Below, one piece after another: positions 10,880-23,651 of a stretch of 64,000 bases of DNA. A program made the translations under genes and the position numbers. The DNA comes from Selaginella moellendorffii. Its lineage: Eukaryota > Plantae > Lycopodiophyta. The stretch covers positions 712,113 through 776,112 of the forward strand of contig NW_003314335.1 in the NCBI RefSeq assembly GCF_000143415.4, given 5' to 3'. The notes under the pieces are model-generated. The model saw only the letters and a program-made list of their open reading frames with translations. It was not told the origin of the DNA and did not search any database. The stretch's first letter is position 1, and each line of letters starts with the position of its first letter.

Positions 10880-12736
10880 CTAATGTTGACTATTTGAGAT
10901 GAGAACTTGGCATACACGAAACTCTTCGTGCTCGTCTCCCATTCTCTCGAGCACAAGAGCGGCCCTGTCCATCTCTCCCAATTCACACAGCTTCTCTATC
11001 AGCTTGACAAAGGTGGCTGGATCCGGCCTCGCTGATTCCACCGCCCGAGTAACTTGGAGCATCACCATGAACGCGTGCTCGATCTGTCCAGCGCTGCAAA
11101 GCCCCTGGATCAAAACGCTGTAAGTGGTCGAGTCCGGAAGGCTTCCCTCGGCGATCATCTCCTCGAGGACCCTCTCCGCCTCGTCCATCCTGCCGAGCTT
11201 GCAAAACCCCTCCACAAGGCTGTTGTAAGTCGCGGTGTTTGCTCGGCACCCCTCCTCCGCCATCACCGTGAGAAATCTGGAAGCCAGATCCATCTCTCCG
11301 GTTTTGCAAAGCCCCGCGACGTAGGCATTGCACACCAGGAGATTGGGAGCGTAGCCACACACCACCAGCTGCTCCAGGAACGCTCGAGCTTCCACCATTC
11401 TCCCCATCTCTGCAAACTTCTGGACCATGATGCTGTAAGTCACGAAGTTTGGCTTGCACTTGCTGTGCGCCATCGTTTCCAGGAGCTTGGCGGCGCTGTC
11501 CATCTGATCGGTGTTGCAGAACAGCTCCAGTAGCGCGTTGAAGGTGACGATGGTCGGGCAGAATCCCATCTCCACCATGATGTCCGTCATGCCGAGCGCT
11601 TCCTCGGGCCGTGCCGCCTTGCAGAAGGCGTGGAGGATCAAGTTGAGCGTCAGAATGTTGGGCTCGATGTTCCTGAGAAGCATCGTCTCCATTACCTTGC
11701 ATGCCTCGTCCGGCCTCCCGGATTTGCAGAGAAACTCCACCACCGGATTGAAAGTCACAGCTGTCAGAGCAAAACCAGCGCTTTCCATCACTCCCATGAG
11801 CTCGAAAGCCTCGTCGAGCAGGCCAGCTTTGCCGAGGCCCGTGGCCATCGCGTTGTAAGTCACCCGGTTTGGAGCCACGCCTCGCTTGGCCATGGCCTGG
11901 AGCTCTTCACGGGCCTCCTGGATCCTCCCGGAGCTACACAGCGCATCAATGAGCGTGTTGTAGGAGACGCTGTTGGGCTTGCAATCCATGCGGTGGAGAT
12001 GGCTCTTGGCCTCGTCCACAAAGCCAGCCTCGGAGAAACCTTTGAGCATGAGGTTGTGGAGAACGACCAAGCTCCCAGGGCTCATCCCTGTATCCTTGAA
12101 CTCCTCCACAAGCCTCTTTGCCTCGTCGAACTCCCCGGCAAGGCAGTGGCCGTGGACGAGAGTTCCATACGTGAACTCACTGTGCACGAACTCCCCCAGA
12201 GTTTTTCGATTTAGCATCTCTCTCACCTGGTGGATTCTCCCGGCCTTGATGAGCGTGTTGAGCAGGCAATTGTATGCCACCGTGTTGGGCTTGTAGCAAG
12301 CTTCTCTGGTTAGCCACTGGAAGAACGCAAGAGCAACATCTGGATCTTTCGTTCTTTGCAAGATCTTGCACACTGCAATGTGGCTGAAGTAGAGGCCTTG
12401 GAATGCGGCTAGACTCCCCACCAGAATTCCTTCCGGAAGCCTCGATTCGAGAAGCTTGCAAATCTCTGTCACTGAGTCTTCATCCACTACTGCAATGTTG
12501 ACTGGAGGATCGAGCTCGCCAGGCTGCCGCTCCTGCGATTTCCTCTTCCTCCTGTATCGAGATTTCTTACCTGGTCTCTGGCCTGATAATATTTGCTCCT
12601 CGGCAGCAGTGGCACTGGCATTCTTCCGGAAGCTCACATTTTGCTGGACGGCCTGCGCGCTGCAAGAAACCGGAGCTAAAGATGTCGAGGATGAGCTCGC
12701 GATCGCCACCGGAATGGCGCCGGCTAGCAGCGCCAT
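10880..12736 (-). CDS. P-class pentatricopeptide repeat protein, probable plastid transit peptide
   Basis: Intronless 618-aa ORF with about 12 35-aa PPR motifs (PNxVTYNxLI..LCK.GR). Confidence 0.93.
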   Translation of the reverse strand: MALLAGAIPVAIASSSSTSLAPVSCSAQAVQQNVSFRKNASATAAEEQILSGQRPGKKSRYRRKRKSQERQPGELDPPVNIAVVDEDSVTEICKLLESRLPEGILVGSLAAFQGLYFSHIAVCKILQRTKDPDVALAFFQWLTREACYKPNTVAYNCLLNTLIKAGRIHQVREMLNRKTLGEFVHSEFTYGTLVHGHCLAGEFDEAKRLVEEFKDTGMSPGSLVVLHNLMLKGFSEAGFVDEAKSHLHRMDCKPNSVSYNTLIDALCSSGRIQEAREELQAMAKRGVAPNRVTYNAMATGLGKAGLLDEAFELMGVMESAGFALTAVTFNPVVEFLCKSGRPDEACKVMETMLLRNIEPNILTLNLILHAFCKAARPEEALGMTDIMVEMGFCPTIVTFNALLELFCNTDQMDSAAKLLETMAHSKCKPNFVTYSIMVQKFAEMGRMVEARAFLEQLVVCGYAPNLLVCNAYVAGLCKTGEMDLASRFLTVMAEEGCRANTATYNSLVEGFCKLGRMDEAERVLEEMIAEGSLPDSTTYSVLIQGLCSAGQIEHAFMVMLQVTRAVESARPDPATFVKLIEKLCELGEMDRAALVLERMGDEHEEFRVCQVLISNSQH

Positions 12737-12785
12737 GGCACATTCTTCGCTAGGGTTCTTCCCTGGCTAGGGTTTTTGGGATCGC

Positions 12786-13283
12786 ATGGCGGCATTTGTC
12801 TGTTCTTCCCCAATCCTGCTCTACTATCCCCCGATTCGTCCACACCAGCGATCCAGCATCGTCACGAGAACCCTACGAACCGATGGCGCCAGTAGCAGCA
12901 ACGGATTCAGCGAGGATCCACTGAGAAGACGCGGGAGCGGCAATAATCCCATCTCCACTCGTCTCGGGCAGCTGCTGGAAGCGAGAAGGATCGATCTGCT
13001 GGAGCGATTCCGGGAGATCCGACGCAATTTGCCGCTCAAAGTGTTCTTGCTGCTGCTGGGATTCTACTCGGCCAACGCGCTGGCCACGGTGCTGGGGCAA
13101 ACGGGGGACTGGGACGTGCTGGTGGCCGCGATCATCGTGGCTGTGATCGAAGGCATTGGATTTCTTATGTATAAGATGCCGCCCGTGACGGAGAAGCTGC
13201 GATTCCTGGTGAGAATGCTGAATTACTGGAAAGCCGGCCTCTCCTTTGGTCTCTTCGTCGACGCATTCAAGCTTGGAAGCTAA
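12786..13283 (+). CDS. ycf20: Ycf20-like (DUF565) plastid membrane protein
   Basis: TRLG..., [27 protein letters not shown] and the C-terminal [20 protein letters not shown] signature. Confidence 0.92.
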   Translation: MAAFVCSSPILLYYPPIRPHQRSSIVTRTLRTDGASSSNGFSEDPLRRRGSGNNPISTRLGQLLEARRIDLLERFREIRRNLPLKVFLLLLGFYSANALATVLGQTGDWDVLVAAIIVAVIEGIGFLMYKMPPVTEKLRFLVRMLNYWKAGLSFGLFVDAFKLGS

Positions 13284-13405
13284 GAACCCTAAAAACAGAG
13301 GGGTACTTCCTGGGGTTCGAACCGGTGACCTTGTGCTAGAGCTTATATTAATAGCAAACTATAAAAATACAGTAACCTTTCCATAGTGATAGTATTTCGA
13401 TTGCG

Positions 13406-14858
13406 ATGAAGAAGAAAGAAGTGATATTTTCTGGGATGATCGTTCTCCTTGTTCTAGCGTATGGAGTTCTTCTTTTGTACGCTGTGACCGTCCATCTCAC
13501 CGTGAGGCACTACGTGAATTTCAACTCAAGAACACGATTGCATACGATCAAACAAGACGTGGATCGCGATTTTGGAGCCACCAATCTCACGAACATTGTG
13601 TTTGGGATCAGCTCCAACGCCGCGATGTGGGATTCGCGCAAAGAACTCGTCAAGGCATGGTGGAGGCCGGAGGATCGAATGAGAGGCTTCGTTTGGCTGG
13701 ACGAAGCAGTGAATTCCACTCTACCGGACCAGGACACGTTACCCGAGATCAAAGTTTCCAGTGACACCTCCAAGTTTCGATACACGTACGGAAGATCACC
13801 ATCGAATGGAAGGCACCACATCCGCATAGCAAGGATTGTCTCGGAGATGTTTCGCCTTGGGCTGGGAGACGTTCGCTGGTTCGTCATGGGCGACGATGAC
13901 ACGGTGTTTGTCCCCGGAAACTTGGCGAAAGTTCTCGCAAAGTACGACCACCGGCAACCGTACTACATTGGATCAATCTCCGAGAGCCACTTCCAAAACG
14001 TGGATGGATTCTCGACAAACATGGCGTACGGAGGCGCCGGATTCGCGATAAGCTACGCGCTCGCGGAGGAGCTTGACAAGGTCTTGGACTATTGCCTGGA
14101 GAGATACCATGGATTGTATAGCGCGGACGCTCGGATCCACGCCTGTGTGGCGGAATTGGGGGTTCCACTCACGGTGGAGCGTGGATTCCACCAGTTTGAC
14201 GTGCTGGACGACGCCTCTGGATTGCTCTCCTCGCACCCTCTGACGCCGCTCGTCTCGCTCCACCACATCGAGCTCCTGGATCCATTCTTCCCAAGGATGG
14301 GGAGGATCGAGAGCGTCAAGCATCTGATCGGGAGCGCGCACGGGGTGGATCCGATGGGCTTGCTCCAGCAATCCTTCTGCTATGATCCCGATCGGAACTG
14401 GACGATCAAAGTGTCTTGGGGATTCGTCGTCCAGATCCACCAGGGAGAGGTTCCAGAGAAGGATTTGGAGCTTCCAGTGAGAACATTCTCTGGGTGGCAC
14501 CGCGACCGTGATCGCGTGGGGATTGCCTTCACGACGAGAGAGAACCCGGTGGACCTGTGTGACCGGCCGGTCAACTTTTATTTGACCCGGTCAACGGGGC
14601 TCGAAGGCGGGAAGTCAAGCAGTAGCTATGCGCGGGAAGAGAGGACACGGTGGAAGTGCTTACGCTCGGAGAAGGATTTATCCATGGTGAAAACTATACG
14701 CGTGGTCAAGGATATAACTCCGGATCCATGGCTGCTAGAGGTAAAGTTAACTTTACTTTTTAATCCCGAGTGAAGTTTGGTTTTACCAGGCTCCTAGGAG
14801 GCAGTGTTGTACGATACAAAAGCACGGGGCAACGATGGAGTTGAGAGTAGAGAATTGA
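13406..14858 (+). CDS. DUF604 / Fringe-like GT31 glycosyltransferase, copy 1
   Basis: N-terminal TM segment, IVFGI, WWRP, WFVMGDDDT (DxD), GFHQFD, PLVSLHH; last exon APRRQCC ends at TGA 14856-14858. Confidence 0.92.
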
Positions 14859-15394
14859 TATTTTAGGGCTATGATAGCTGAGGGTTTTAGCGCCATGGAT
14901 CTTGATAGCGAAGTTTTGCGCGATTGATCGCTAGGGAGGGTAAGGCTGTTCTAGAGCACGATCCATTGCTGGTAGGGAGGGGATTTATAGTCGATGGAAC
15001 GCGCTCTAGAGCCGCGGGGTTTTGGAGTGATTCGAAGCCGCATTTTGCCGATCGGCACGATATTTTCGAGATGGATCGCGATACAGAATCTCCGTTTTTG
15101 TTGTTTTCCAGGAAAAAGGGAAGCTCGTTTTGGAAACTCCACAAGTAAGTTTCGAACTCTTGCGTAGAGTGTTTTTGCTCGTTTGCTTGCGAGTTTTGGC
15201 CAGAGAGTTTCTCTTCTTCTCATCTCCTAAAGTAGCGCGGCAAAGAGTCCTTTTAAAAGTAGCTGATTTCTCTACCGGCCTCTCTTCCTTGTAGAATGGT
15301 TTCTAGCTTCCTGCCCATCCGTGCTGCCAGGCATTTGGTTCTTCCAGCGATGGCTACAAATCTTTGTCTTTCTGGGTAGAATGTTTCGTGCATC

Positions 15395-16845
15395 ATGGCT
15401 GCCAGGCAGTTGTTCTTTGCAACGATAATTCTTCTTGCTACAAGCTGCGTCCTTGTTCTCTTGGGAACTAACTTCTCTTCACAGAAGCTCTACCGTGGCT
15501 ATTTCTGCGATCGCCATCTTAGGAGCGGCAGCAGCAGCAGCAGCACGACCAAAGTGGAGAATATAATGTTTGGGATCGGAGCAGGGTCACAGACTTGGGA
15601 TCACAGGAAGAACTACGTGAGGCTTTGGTGGCGGCCGAATCAAACGAGAGGGGTGGTCTCGCTGGACAGCGCTGTGCGAGACATGCACGATGGATCGCTA
15701 CCTCCGCTCCAAGTCGTCGACAACAACGAGCTTTCGAGAAACTTCACCTTGACGGACCAGCAGATGAAGGACCAGATTAGAGTCTCGAGGCTTCCTTCGG
15801 AGTTGTTCCGGCTCAAGTTTTTCGGGGTGCATTGGTTCGTTCTTTCAGACGACGACACCTTCTTCGTCGTGGACAATCTCGCTCGGGTTCTCTCCAAGTA
15901 CGACCACAGTCAGTTTTACTACATCGGTGCTTTTTCGGAGAGCCACTACCAGAGTGTTACAGGGTTCTCGACAAACATGGCTTTCGGGGGTGCTGGGATT
16001 GCACTGAGCTACTCACTTGTGGAAGCGCTCGAGAAAATGCAGGACGACTGCATTAGGAGGAACGATCACGTATGGGGTGTCGACGGCAAGCTACAAGCTT
16101 GCATGGCAGAACTTGGCGTGCCACTGACGTTGGACAGAGGATTTCATCAGGTAAATGGCTGGCTGCTCGAGCTCCTCAAAACTTTCGTGCTCTAGCAGAT
16201 GGACATTCGTGGAGATGCTATCGGGTTGCTCGACTCTCACCCGACTACTCCGTTGGTTTCATTGCACCACTTGGATACGGTCGATCCTATTTTCCCAGGA
16301 ATGAATCGGATTCAAGCGTTGGCTCATCTTTCGCTTGCCATTCGGGCTGATCCTTCTGCCGTCTTACAGCAGTCTTTTTGCTACAACGATGTCTACGACT
16401 GGACGCTGAAAGTGTCTTGGGGATTTGTCGTGCAAGTCAACAGGGGCTATGTATCTCCCAGAGAGCTGGAGTATCCGTCCAGAACTTTTGTGGAGTGGTT
16501 TGGCTGTACTGCAGGTTCTTGCCTTAACTTTAAGACAAGACAGATCGATCGCAGCGATCCCTGCTTGAGCACCGTTTCATTCTTTATGCTCAACGTCAGC
16601 CAGGATGGTCTAGACAGCAACTATTTCAAGAGGACAGGCGCAGGCAGCTGCGAAGATAGAGATCCTTTGTCACGCCTCGAGATAATTCGTGTAAGAAAAC
16701 AACGCAGCCAGTACCGAGTAAGTGCACTTTTCTCGTGTTTCTGTTTACTTATTTGTCTTTTACTTAGGCCTTAAGAAGACAATGCTGCAGCATTCGCGAG
16801 CCTTCTAAGCAAAATGAACATGAGCTAGAGATCAAGGATTGTTGA
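15395..16845 (+). CDS. DUF604 / Fringe-like GT31 glycosyltransferase, copy 2 (3 exons)
   Basis: Same motifs (WFVLSDDDT, GFHQ/MD, PLVSLHH, RRQCC); stop at 16843-16845. Confidence 0.9.
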
Positions 16846-17021
16846 AACGTTTTTTATTCCTTAACATGCTAACTTTCATGATCGCTTGCGTACGCTTACG
16901 AAATGTCACTCTGATGTGCAGGTGACGTAGTGGTATGTGATTCACACTTATCAGTGTGATCATGTCGAAAGCGTGTGATTCTACTCTTAAGGTAACTTCG
17001 AGTGAGTCGTTTTGTGGCTCC

Positions 17022-18440
17022 ATGGATGTAACAAAGCTGTTCTCTTGTGCAGTTGGAATTACAGCTCTTGTAAGCTGTTACATGATTATTACTCAGCGTT
17101 TGCAGCCTCTTCTTCCACGGAGTTTAGAGACTGGCAGCTTAGGTGGCGTGACCAGTTTGGAAAACATCGTGTTTGGAATAGGAGCCAGCTCTCGTACTTG
17201 GGAACACAGGAAAAGATACATAAAGCTTTGGTGGAGACCAAACGAGACGCGAGGTATTGTTTCACTGGACAGACGGGTACCTAACATGAAGGACAGCTCT
17301 CTACCTCCGGTCAGAGTTTCGGACAACGCGAAGCTATCAGCAATGTTTAGAGCCAGGGGGAAACACATGAGGATCACATTAGGATTACAAGGCTTTCGTC
17401 AGAGTTGTTCCGGTTGAACTTCTCTCGGGTGCATTGGTTCGTTCTCTCCGACGACGACACCTTCTTTGCGCTCGACAACCTTGTCCAGGTTCTCTCGAGG
17501 TATGATCACCGGGAGTTTTACTACATAGGTGGCTTATCTGAGAGTCATCACCAGAGTGTGCTGGGCTTCTCAACCAGCATGGCGTTCGGGGGAGCAGGAA
17601 TTGCAATGAGCTACGCGCTGGTGGAAGCACTAGAGAAAATCCAGGACGATTGCATCAGAAGGAACTATCATGTCTGGGGTGTCGATGGGAAGCTGCAAGC
17701 TTGCATGGCAGAGCTCGGTGTGCCATTGACAATTGAGAAAGGATTCCATCAGGTAAGAAATCCGCTTTATTCCTAATGATCAGTTCACTCATTTATCCTT
17801 TCTCCTAGATGGACTTGCACGGAGATGTTATAAGTTTCTTGGCTTCACATCCCCACTCTCCGCTGGTTAGTCTGCATCACATAGACGGATTCAATCCAAT
17901 ATTTCCCGGGATGAGTCGAATGGAGGCGCTGGACCATCTCTCCACTGCAATCCAGTCGAATCCATCAGCTGTTCTTCAACAGTCGTTCTGCTACAACCAG
18001 GGGAGCGCATGGGGGTACGTTGTCCAAGTGAGCAGGGGCTTCATTTCTCCTAGAGACTTGGAGCACCCAGTGAAGACTTTCGCCGACTGGCTGGGGTGCC
18101 GCTATCGTCCTTGCCTCAACTTTAGGACCAGGAATCCTTCTGGCGATCCTTGTGGACGTAGCATACGGTTTTTCATGGTTAACGTAAGCAGGGATGGTTT
18201 TTACAGCAGATACCTCAGAGGAAACAGTTCAAGCAAGTGTCTCCTTGAGGATCCTCTAGCAAAGCTCGAGACGATACATATATGGCTGAAACAGACACAG
18301 ACCCGGGTAAGCCAGTGTGCCAACTTTGGGAACTGACTTTGTTTTGTGGCCATGCTCTTTAGGCTCCAAGGCGGCAATGTTACAACATTCTAAATCCACG
18401 CGAGCAGGATAAACATCATTTGGAAATAAAAGATTGTTAG
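17022..18440 (+). pseudogene. DUF604 glycosyltransferase copy 3, with a 1-bp frameshift near 17372 and a small in-frame deletion
   Basis: Close paralog of copy 2. KHMR then HIRITRLSSELFR continues in another frame; CYNQG-SAWG lacks the DWTLKV segment. The frameshift could be an assembly error. Confidence 0.75.
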
Positions 18441-18605
18441 CTGAGAGCTCGATGTATTATAATTGTTTTTGAGATATTTCGATCCACATCCAGATTCAGG
18501 TACACGTTCATATTTTCGTCTCGAGAGCTAAATCAGGTGTCACGATTACAGGATTATTTCACCGTGATGGTATAAATTGATCTTTTGAGGCTGTCTCACG
18601 CAGCA

Positions 18606-20498
18606 ATGGAATTCACTTCCCGGTTTCTCCTCATTTCGTGCCTCATTGCTGTAGCTTCATTCTGTTTTGCAGCTGCAGGTCGCTGTCACACTCACTGCTA
18701 TTGCTTGCCTCACCAACGATGCTTCCCATCTCCTCCAGTTTGGCATTCTTTCAGCAAGGACATTGGTGGTCGACTGATCCAAGCAAGGTAAAGAGTCCTC
18801 TTCAACATTCTGATTCATTGGAAACACACACTTCTTTTCTCCTTTCTCTTCCAGGCCAGCTGCGTATCCGTGCCACGATCCACACTATGACGAAGCAGCC
18901 TGCAAAGTTGCCAAAACAAAGTGGACCGATGCACTGTGGAGGTCGGACCAAGTTGGCGCTTCTCAGCATCCCCAGTGGGACTCGTTCAAGCAGCAGAAGT
19001 GCCTCATCAACGCTAGCGACACTTGCTACCAGGGTGCTGTTCCAATCTATGCCGTGGACGTGCGCCAGGCCGATGATGTGTCCAAGGCTTTTGCTTTTGC
19101 CACCAAGCACCACATCCGTGTGATTGTCAAGAACACTGGCCACGACTACCTTGGACGCAGTGACGGGAGAGGTGCTCTCAGCATCTGGACTCACAACCTC
19201 AAGACGATCGATTTCTCGGACAACTTCGAACGATTCCAGTGTCCATTCGACAGCAAAGACGGCCAAGTGTCGGCCGTGACTGTGGGAGCTGGCGTCCAGT
19301 TTGGAGAATTGTACAAGGCTGTTGCTGCGCAAAACAAAATCGTCATTGGTGCCTTCAGTGCGAGGTAAGTTATCTCTCTTGAATTTCTCTTGATGATCCA
19401 ACTTGAGCTTTTGACCCTCCCAGTGTTGGTGCTGCGGGAGGATACGTCGGAGGTGGTGGACACAGCGTTCTTGCGCCAACTTATGGCCTCCCAGCCGACA
19501 ACATCCTCGAGATCAACGTGGTGACACCTGATGGAAGCTACTTCGTGGCCAACGAGTGCCAGAACAAGGATCTCTTCTGGGCTCTCCGGGGTGGCGGCCC
19601 GGCAACGTTTGGCGTGGTTCTCAGCGTCACTTACAGGACACACCCGGCACCGGCAGCTGTCACCAACGTCCACCACGAGGTCTCAGCCAACGATTCTTCC
19701 AGCCTGAGGGACTTCATCGCCGAGTACGCCAGGCTCATGCCATCCATCGCAGACAAGGGATATGGAGGAAGCTTTGCCGCCCTTCCCAATGCCGGTCACT
19801 TGAACTACGTTCTCCCTGGAGGCAACCAGAGCGCAGCACAGCAGGACTGGCAGCCACTGGTGGACTTCGCGGCCAGCCACCCCGGGCTCAACGTGCTCCA
19901 GAGAGTCACCATGTTTCCAAACTTCTATGCCTTCTTCAACGCCACCCTGTGCAACAGGTTTAAAACGCAGTGCACGGACCTGACGGGAACCAACGAGATC
20001 CTGGCCAGCAGGCTTCTTCCCAGGTCGCTGTTTGTCAACTCCCCGGACGCCATCGCCGACGCCTACATGGACATCCTCACCAGGAACTCGAGCAACGGCG
20101 CCAGGAACTTCATCCTCACCATGAGCGTTGGTGGTGGAGCTGGAGCTCTGGGTGACGAGCACAGTGCTGCGCTGAATCCTGCGTGGAGGAAGGCCCTGTG
20201 GCACACTATCATCCAGGCCGTGTGGGACGACGATGCAAGCGACGATGTGATCCAGCACAAGTTTGTGGACATCACGAATGCGAACCAGGTGTTTAGAGAC
20301 TTGGCACCGGAGTCTGGGAGCTACATGAACGAGGGCGATTACAACGAGCCGGATTGGCAGACGTCGTTCTTCGGTGAGCACTACGAGAGGCTTGTCGAGA
20401 TCAAGGCGCTGGTTGATCCCCATGACGTGCTGGCGTGCCGCAACTGCGTTGGAAGCGAGGCATGGGACACCGATTTCTTCTGTAGGAAAGATCACTAA
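18606..20498 (+). CDS. Secreted FAD-linked oxidoreductase (VAO/BBE superfamily), fungal-type
   Basis: Signal peptide; exons 18606-18787, 18855-19364, 19424-20498 splice in frame; VKNTGHDYLGRS..GALSIWTHNLK, DLFWALRGGG, YMNEGD..EPDWQ..FFG..YERL..IK..VDP....CRNCVGSE.W. Confidence 0.92.
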
Positions 20499-20974
20499 AC
20501 TATGATGTGCTCACATTTCTAACATACTGTTTTTTGAGCTTTAAAAATTATTCTAATATTACTTGGTGAGTTATCCATTGAGACATTTATCAGGAATGTC
20601 TCATCACATGGCTACAAGATGTTTCATAGTTTGTTTACATAAACTTTACAGTGTGTGTTTAACCACACAATGGATAGCTTGCACCATTTACACATTCGAG
20701 CTGGATTTTCTTCATCACCAGAATAGCTTTTGATTACTTCCTGTTCAGGCACCACTTTCCATCAAACTCACTTTTGCTGTTGTTCGATCCAGCTCTTCTT
20801 TGTGCTGTGGAACAGATGAGTCCCAATGCCACCAACTTTGTGCACACCTTGAGAGCAGCCATGAAAGGGGGTTTGGGAGGATCTGGAAGTGCTGCATTTG
20901 CAAGAAGAGCTCCAGTGTCAGCTGGGGCTCGTCATCTTCTGAGTAACTTAGGATAAGCGACCCATGTCCGGGCT

Positions 20975-22500
20975 TGGGATTTTATCGAAGGCCTGCAGCT
21001 TCCACACTTGGCCATACATGTGAACGAACGTGCTGGCTCCAAACACGTCTGTGACAAGTCCCTGGGAGTGGATTGCCATTCCTACTTCCATTGCCGTCGA
21101 CTTTCTGCCCTTCCTCTTTCACCACGACGAGAGTGCAGGCTTTGAGAGCTGTGACAAAAGATCGAGAATCCGGTGCGATTCTTTCGTCACTACCAGCAAT
21201 CATCCGAGAGAACAAGTCGAGGCCAAGCTCGACCTCGTTATTCTCTGCGTAGCCGAGCAACAGGACGTTCGACGACACCACTGTTCTACAAGCCAAGACC
21301 CTCCTGGCATCGACCAGGCATCACACCTGGCGTACATGTCCACCAGCGTGCTGGCCACCATGGTATCCGAGTCGCAGCGGCAGCTTACAGCTTGTGCGTG
21401 GATGCGTTTGCCTCTGGACAGCGATTCTAGCTTCACAATCCTTCCATCGAGTTCTCATCCGGCTCCCTCAACACAAGACCAATGCAGGCCCTGAGAGCAG
21501 CCATGAAGGTGAGGGAGTTGACGATGGAGTAGGCCTCCTGGTCTTGCAAGCAGTCGAAGACTTCCAGAGCCATCTCGTCACAGTTTTCAATGTAGCCGAG
21601 CGTGAGGGCTGGCCAAAAGTATGAGTATGCTGCCACACTCGGAGTACCTGCCGCCCAAGGGAGCTGGCAACGAACAAGTTACCGTCAAAGCCACTTGGAG
21701 TAGCTTTCAAGTGCAAGGCCATGCCACAGCCAAGACACTTCACTTTGACGAGCCTGTCGTGGATCTCCTGGCCGGTGTCCTTGTTACACGCTTTGAGAAC
21801 GGCCATGAAGCTTCTATCATCCGGGGAGAAGCCCTGAGCTTCCATGGACCAGAAAGTTCCAGAGCGAGCTCTTCCTCGCCTCTCTCTGCATAGCCGCTAA
21901 TCAACGAGTTCCACGACACCACAGTCCACCCCGCCATCCTGTCGAAGACCATCCGAGCATCGAGCAGGCTGTCACACTTGGAGTACATGTCTTAGCCAAG
22001 GAACTCACAGCCGGAAGTCACAGCTCGGGAGTGGATTTCCATGCCCCGTTCGAGGCTCCTGTCACCACCACCTTGTTCTCGGCCCGAGTATAGGTTGCTC
22101 GTCTTCCTTGGCCACGACGCTGGTGCAAGCTTTGAGAGCGGGCACAAAGGTTCCTGGGTGGCAGGCTGTAGTCGGACTCCATCTTCGAGAAGAGGTCGAG
22201 GGCAAGCTCTCCCTGGCCGCTGTCCGTGTAGCGGAGCATGAGGGCGTTCCAGGGGACAGCAGTGGCGTAGCAGCAGTCGAGAATGGAGTCGAAGTCGGCA
22301 AGTGAGTGGCGGTGCTAGCGTGTGGCTGCGATCTCGGATGCAAGCAGCGTGAATAAGCTTCCCGGCCTCCAGGTCCCGGGTGCTGCCCGTGACAAAGACA
22401 TCGGGACTTTGAAGCGCTGCCTCGTCTTCCCTGAAGAACTGTCACTAGGGTGGGAAAGGATGGAGAAACACTCACGCGCTTTGCTGCCTGAGGGTTCTAA
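20975..22500 (-). pseudogene. Degenerate PLS-type PPR gene (left arm of large inverted repeat)
   Basis: VASTLVDMYA.C, VVSWNSLISGYAE and SFVTALKAC motifs in broken frames. Confidence 0.85.
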
Positions 22501-23651
22501 AGGTATTAAGTAAAAGTTCAGTACATTTCTTGTGTGAGAAATCTGCAGGAATTTCTGGTTGCATTCACAGAGAACCTAGATGATCCAGTAAATTCTCAGC
22601 GTTCTCTTGGCTGGGGAACGCGATCAAAATCGCCACTGTTGATAATCATCTGAGTCTAGAGAAAAAAATTTGCTCTTGAAAGTTTTCTTTGGACTAAGCT
22701 GGATTTGCTGGCTTACAAACCGACTCATTATGTTTCTAGGAAATCACTCTAGAGAAAAACACAATTCTACAGGTGTCCTATCAGAGGCAAGATTCCAATC
22801 CATTTGCTTTTCAGGTATGAACAAATGTAAATCCTTTTGCTTGTGAGACCAAGCAACTCCATCACCTCTCTTAGAATCGCTGAGTTTTCTTCTTCATCGC
22901 CCACTTCATGGTTTGCCTTCCAGGCCACTTCCCCAAAGAGCGAGGAAAGCTCCTCCTCTTCTTGCATGAACTCCTCGTCCATGGAACTCGTCTTTCCACC
23001 CTCAGAAACATGCTCCCAGCCTTCCTCGTCATCATTAGCTATCCACTTCGCCAAAGAGCTTGTAGAGGAGCTCTTCCTCTTGCAAATACCAGGCTCTCTC
23101 TTTGCACAATTCATTTGCTGCCCATGTGAAGTCCATCTTCACTCCTTTATTCATCCACAACTGATCACAAGCGCGATAGATCTTCTCTCGAAAGTAATAG
23201 TTATAATCCCATTATTTATATACTAATATTTTTCCTTTTGCAAGGGATGGGGGCACGTTTGCCCAGGATCTTCCATCTTCTTATAAGCCTTGGAGAGCCA
23301 GGAGTGACGTTAATACTGGTGGAGCTCAGGTGAATTGCAAGCATGGTCGGCTGCCAGTTTGAGATCCAAAAGTTCCCATGAAATTTAGGTCGTCATCTTT
23401 TCAATCTCTTTAACAATTCAAAACGTTTATGCACGTATTTCCAGCTAGTGCTTTCTAGCATTAAAGTGACTGTAAGGTGGGATTCATTTTTTACTCATCC
23501 CGTGAAGCCAGTACGTCCAGGTTCCACGGTCTATACCTCCCATCGCTCCATCGGCTCATCGCATGATCCATGCAGGTGATGATATATAAAACTGGAAAAA
23601 AAAAACCACGTAGCTATAGCTTTGCAATCTCCTTATCCATTCATTTCATAT

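Noticed and set aside
10899-12461. Several overlapping alternative-frame ORFs over the PPR gene (also over the kinase and FAD oxidase)
   Set aside because: Shadow ORFs caused by GC3-rich codon usage; no motifs.
13300-13336. tRNA-like T-arm (reverse complement GGTCACCGGTTCGAACCCC)
   Set aside because: Too short, with no D-arm or anticodon arm; cannot be assigned.
14887-15340. Possible small minus-strand gene between DUF604 copies 1 and 2
   Set aside because: Short ORFs without recognisable motifs or a clear gene structure.
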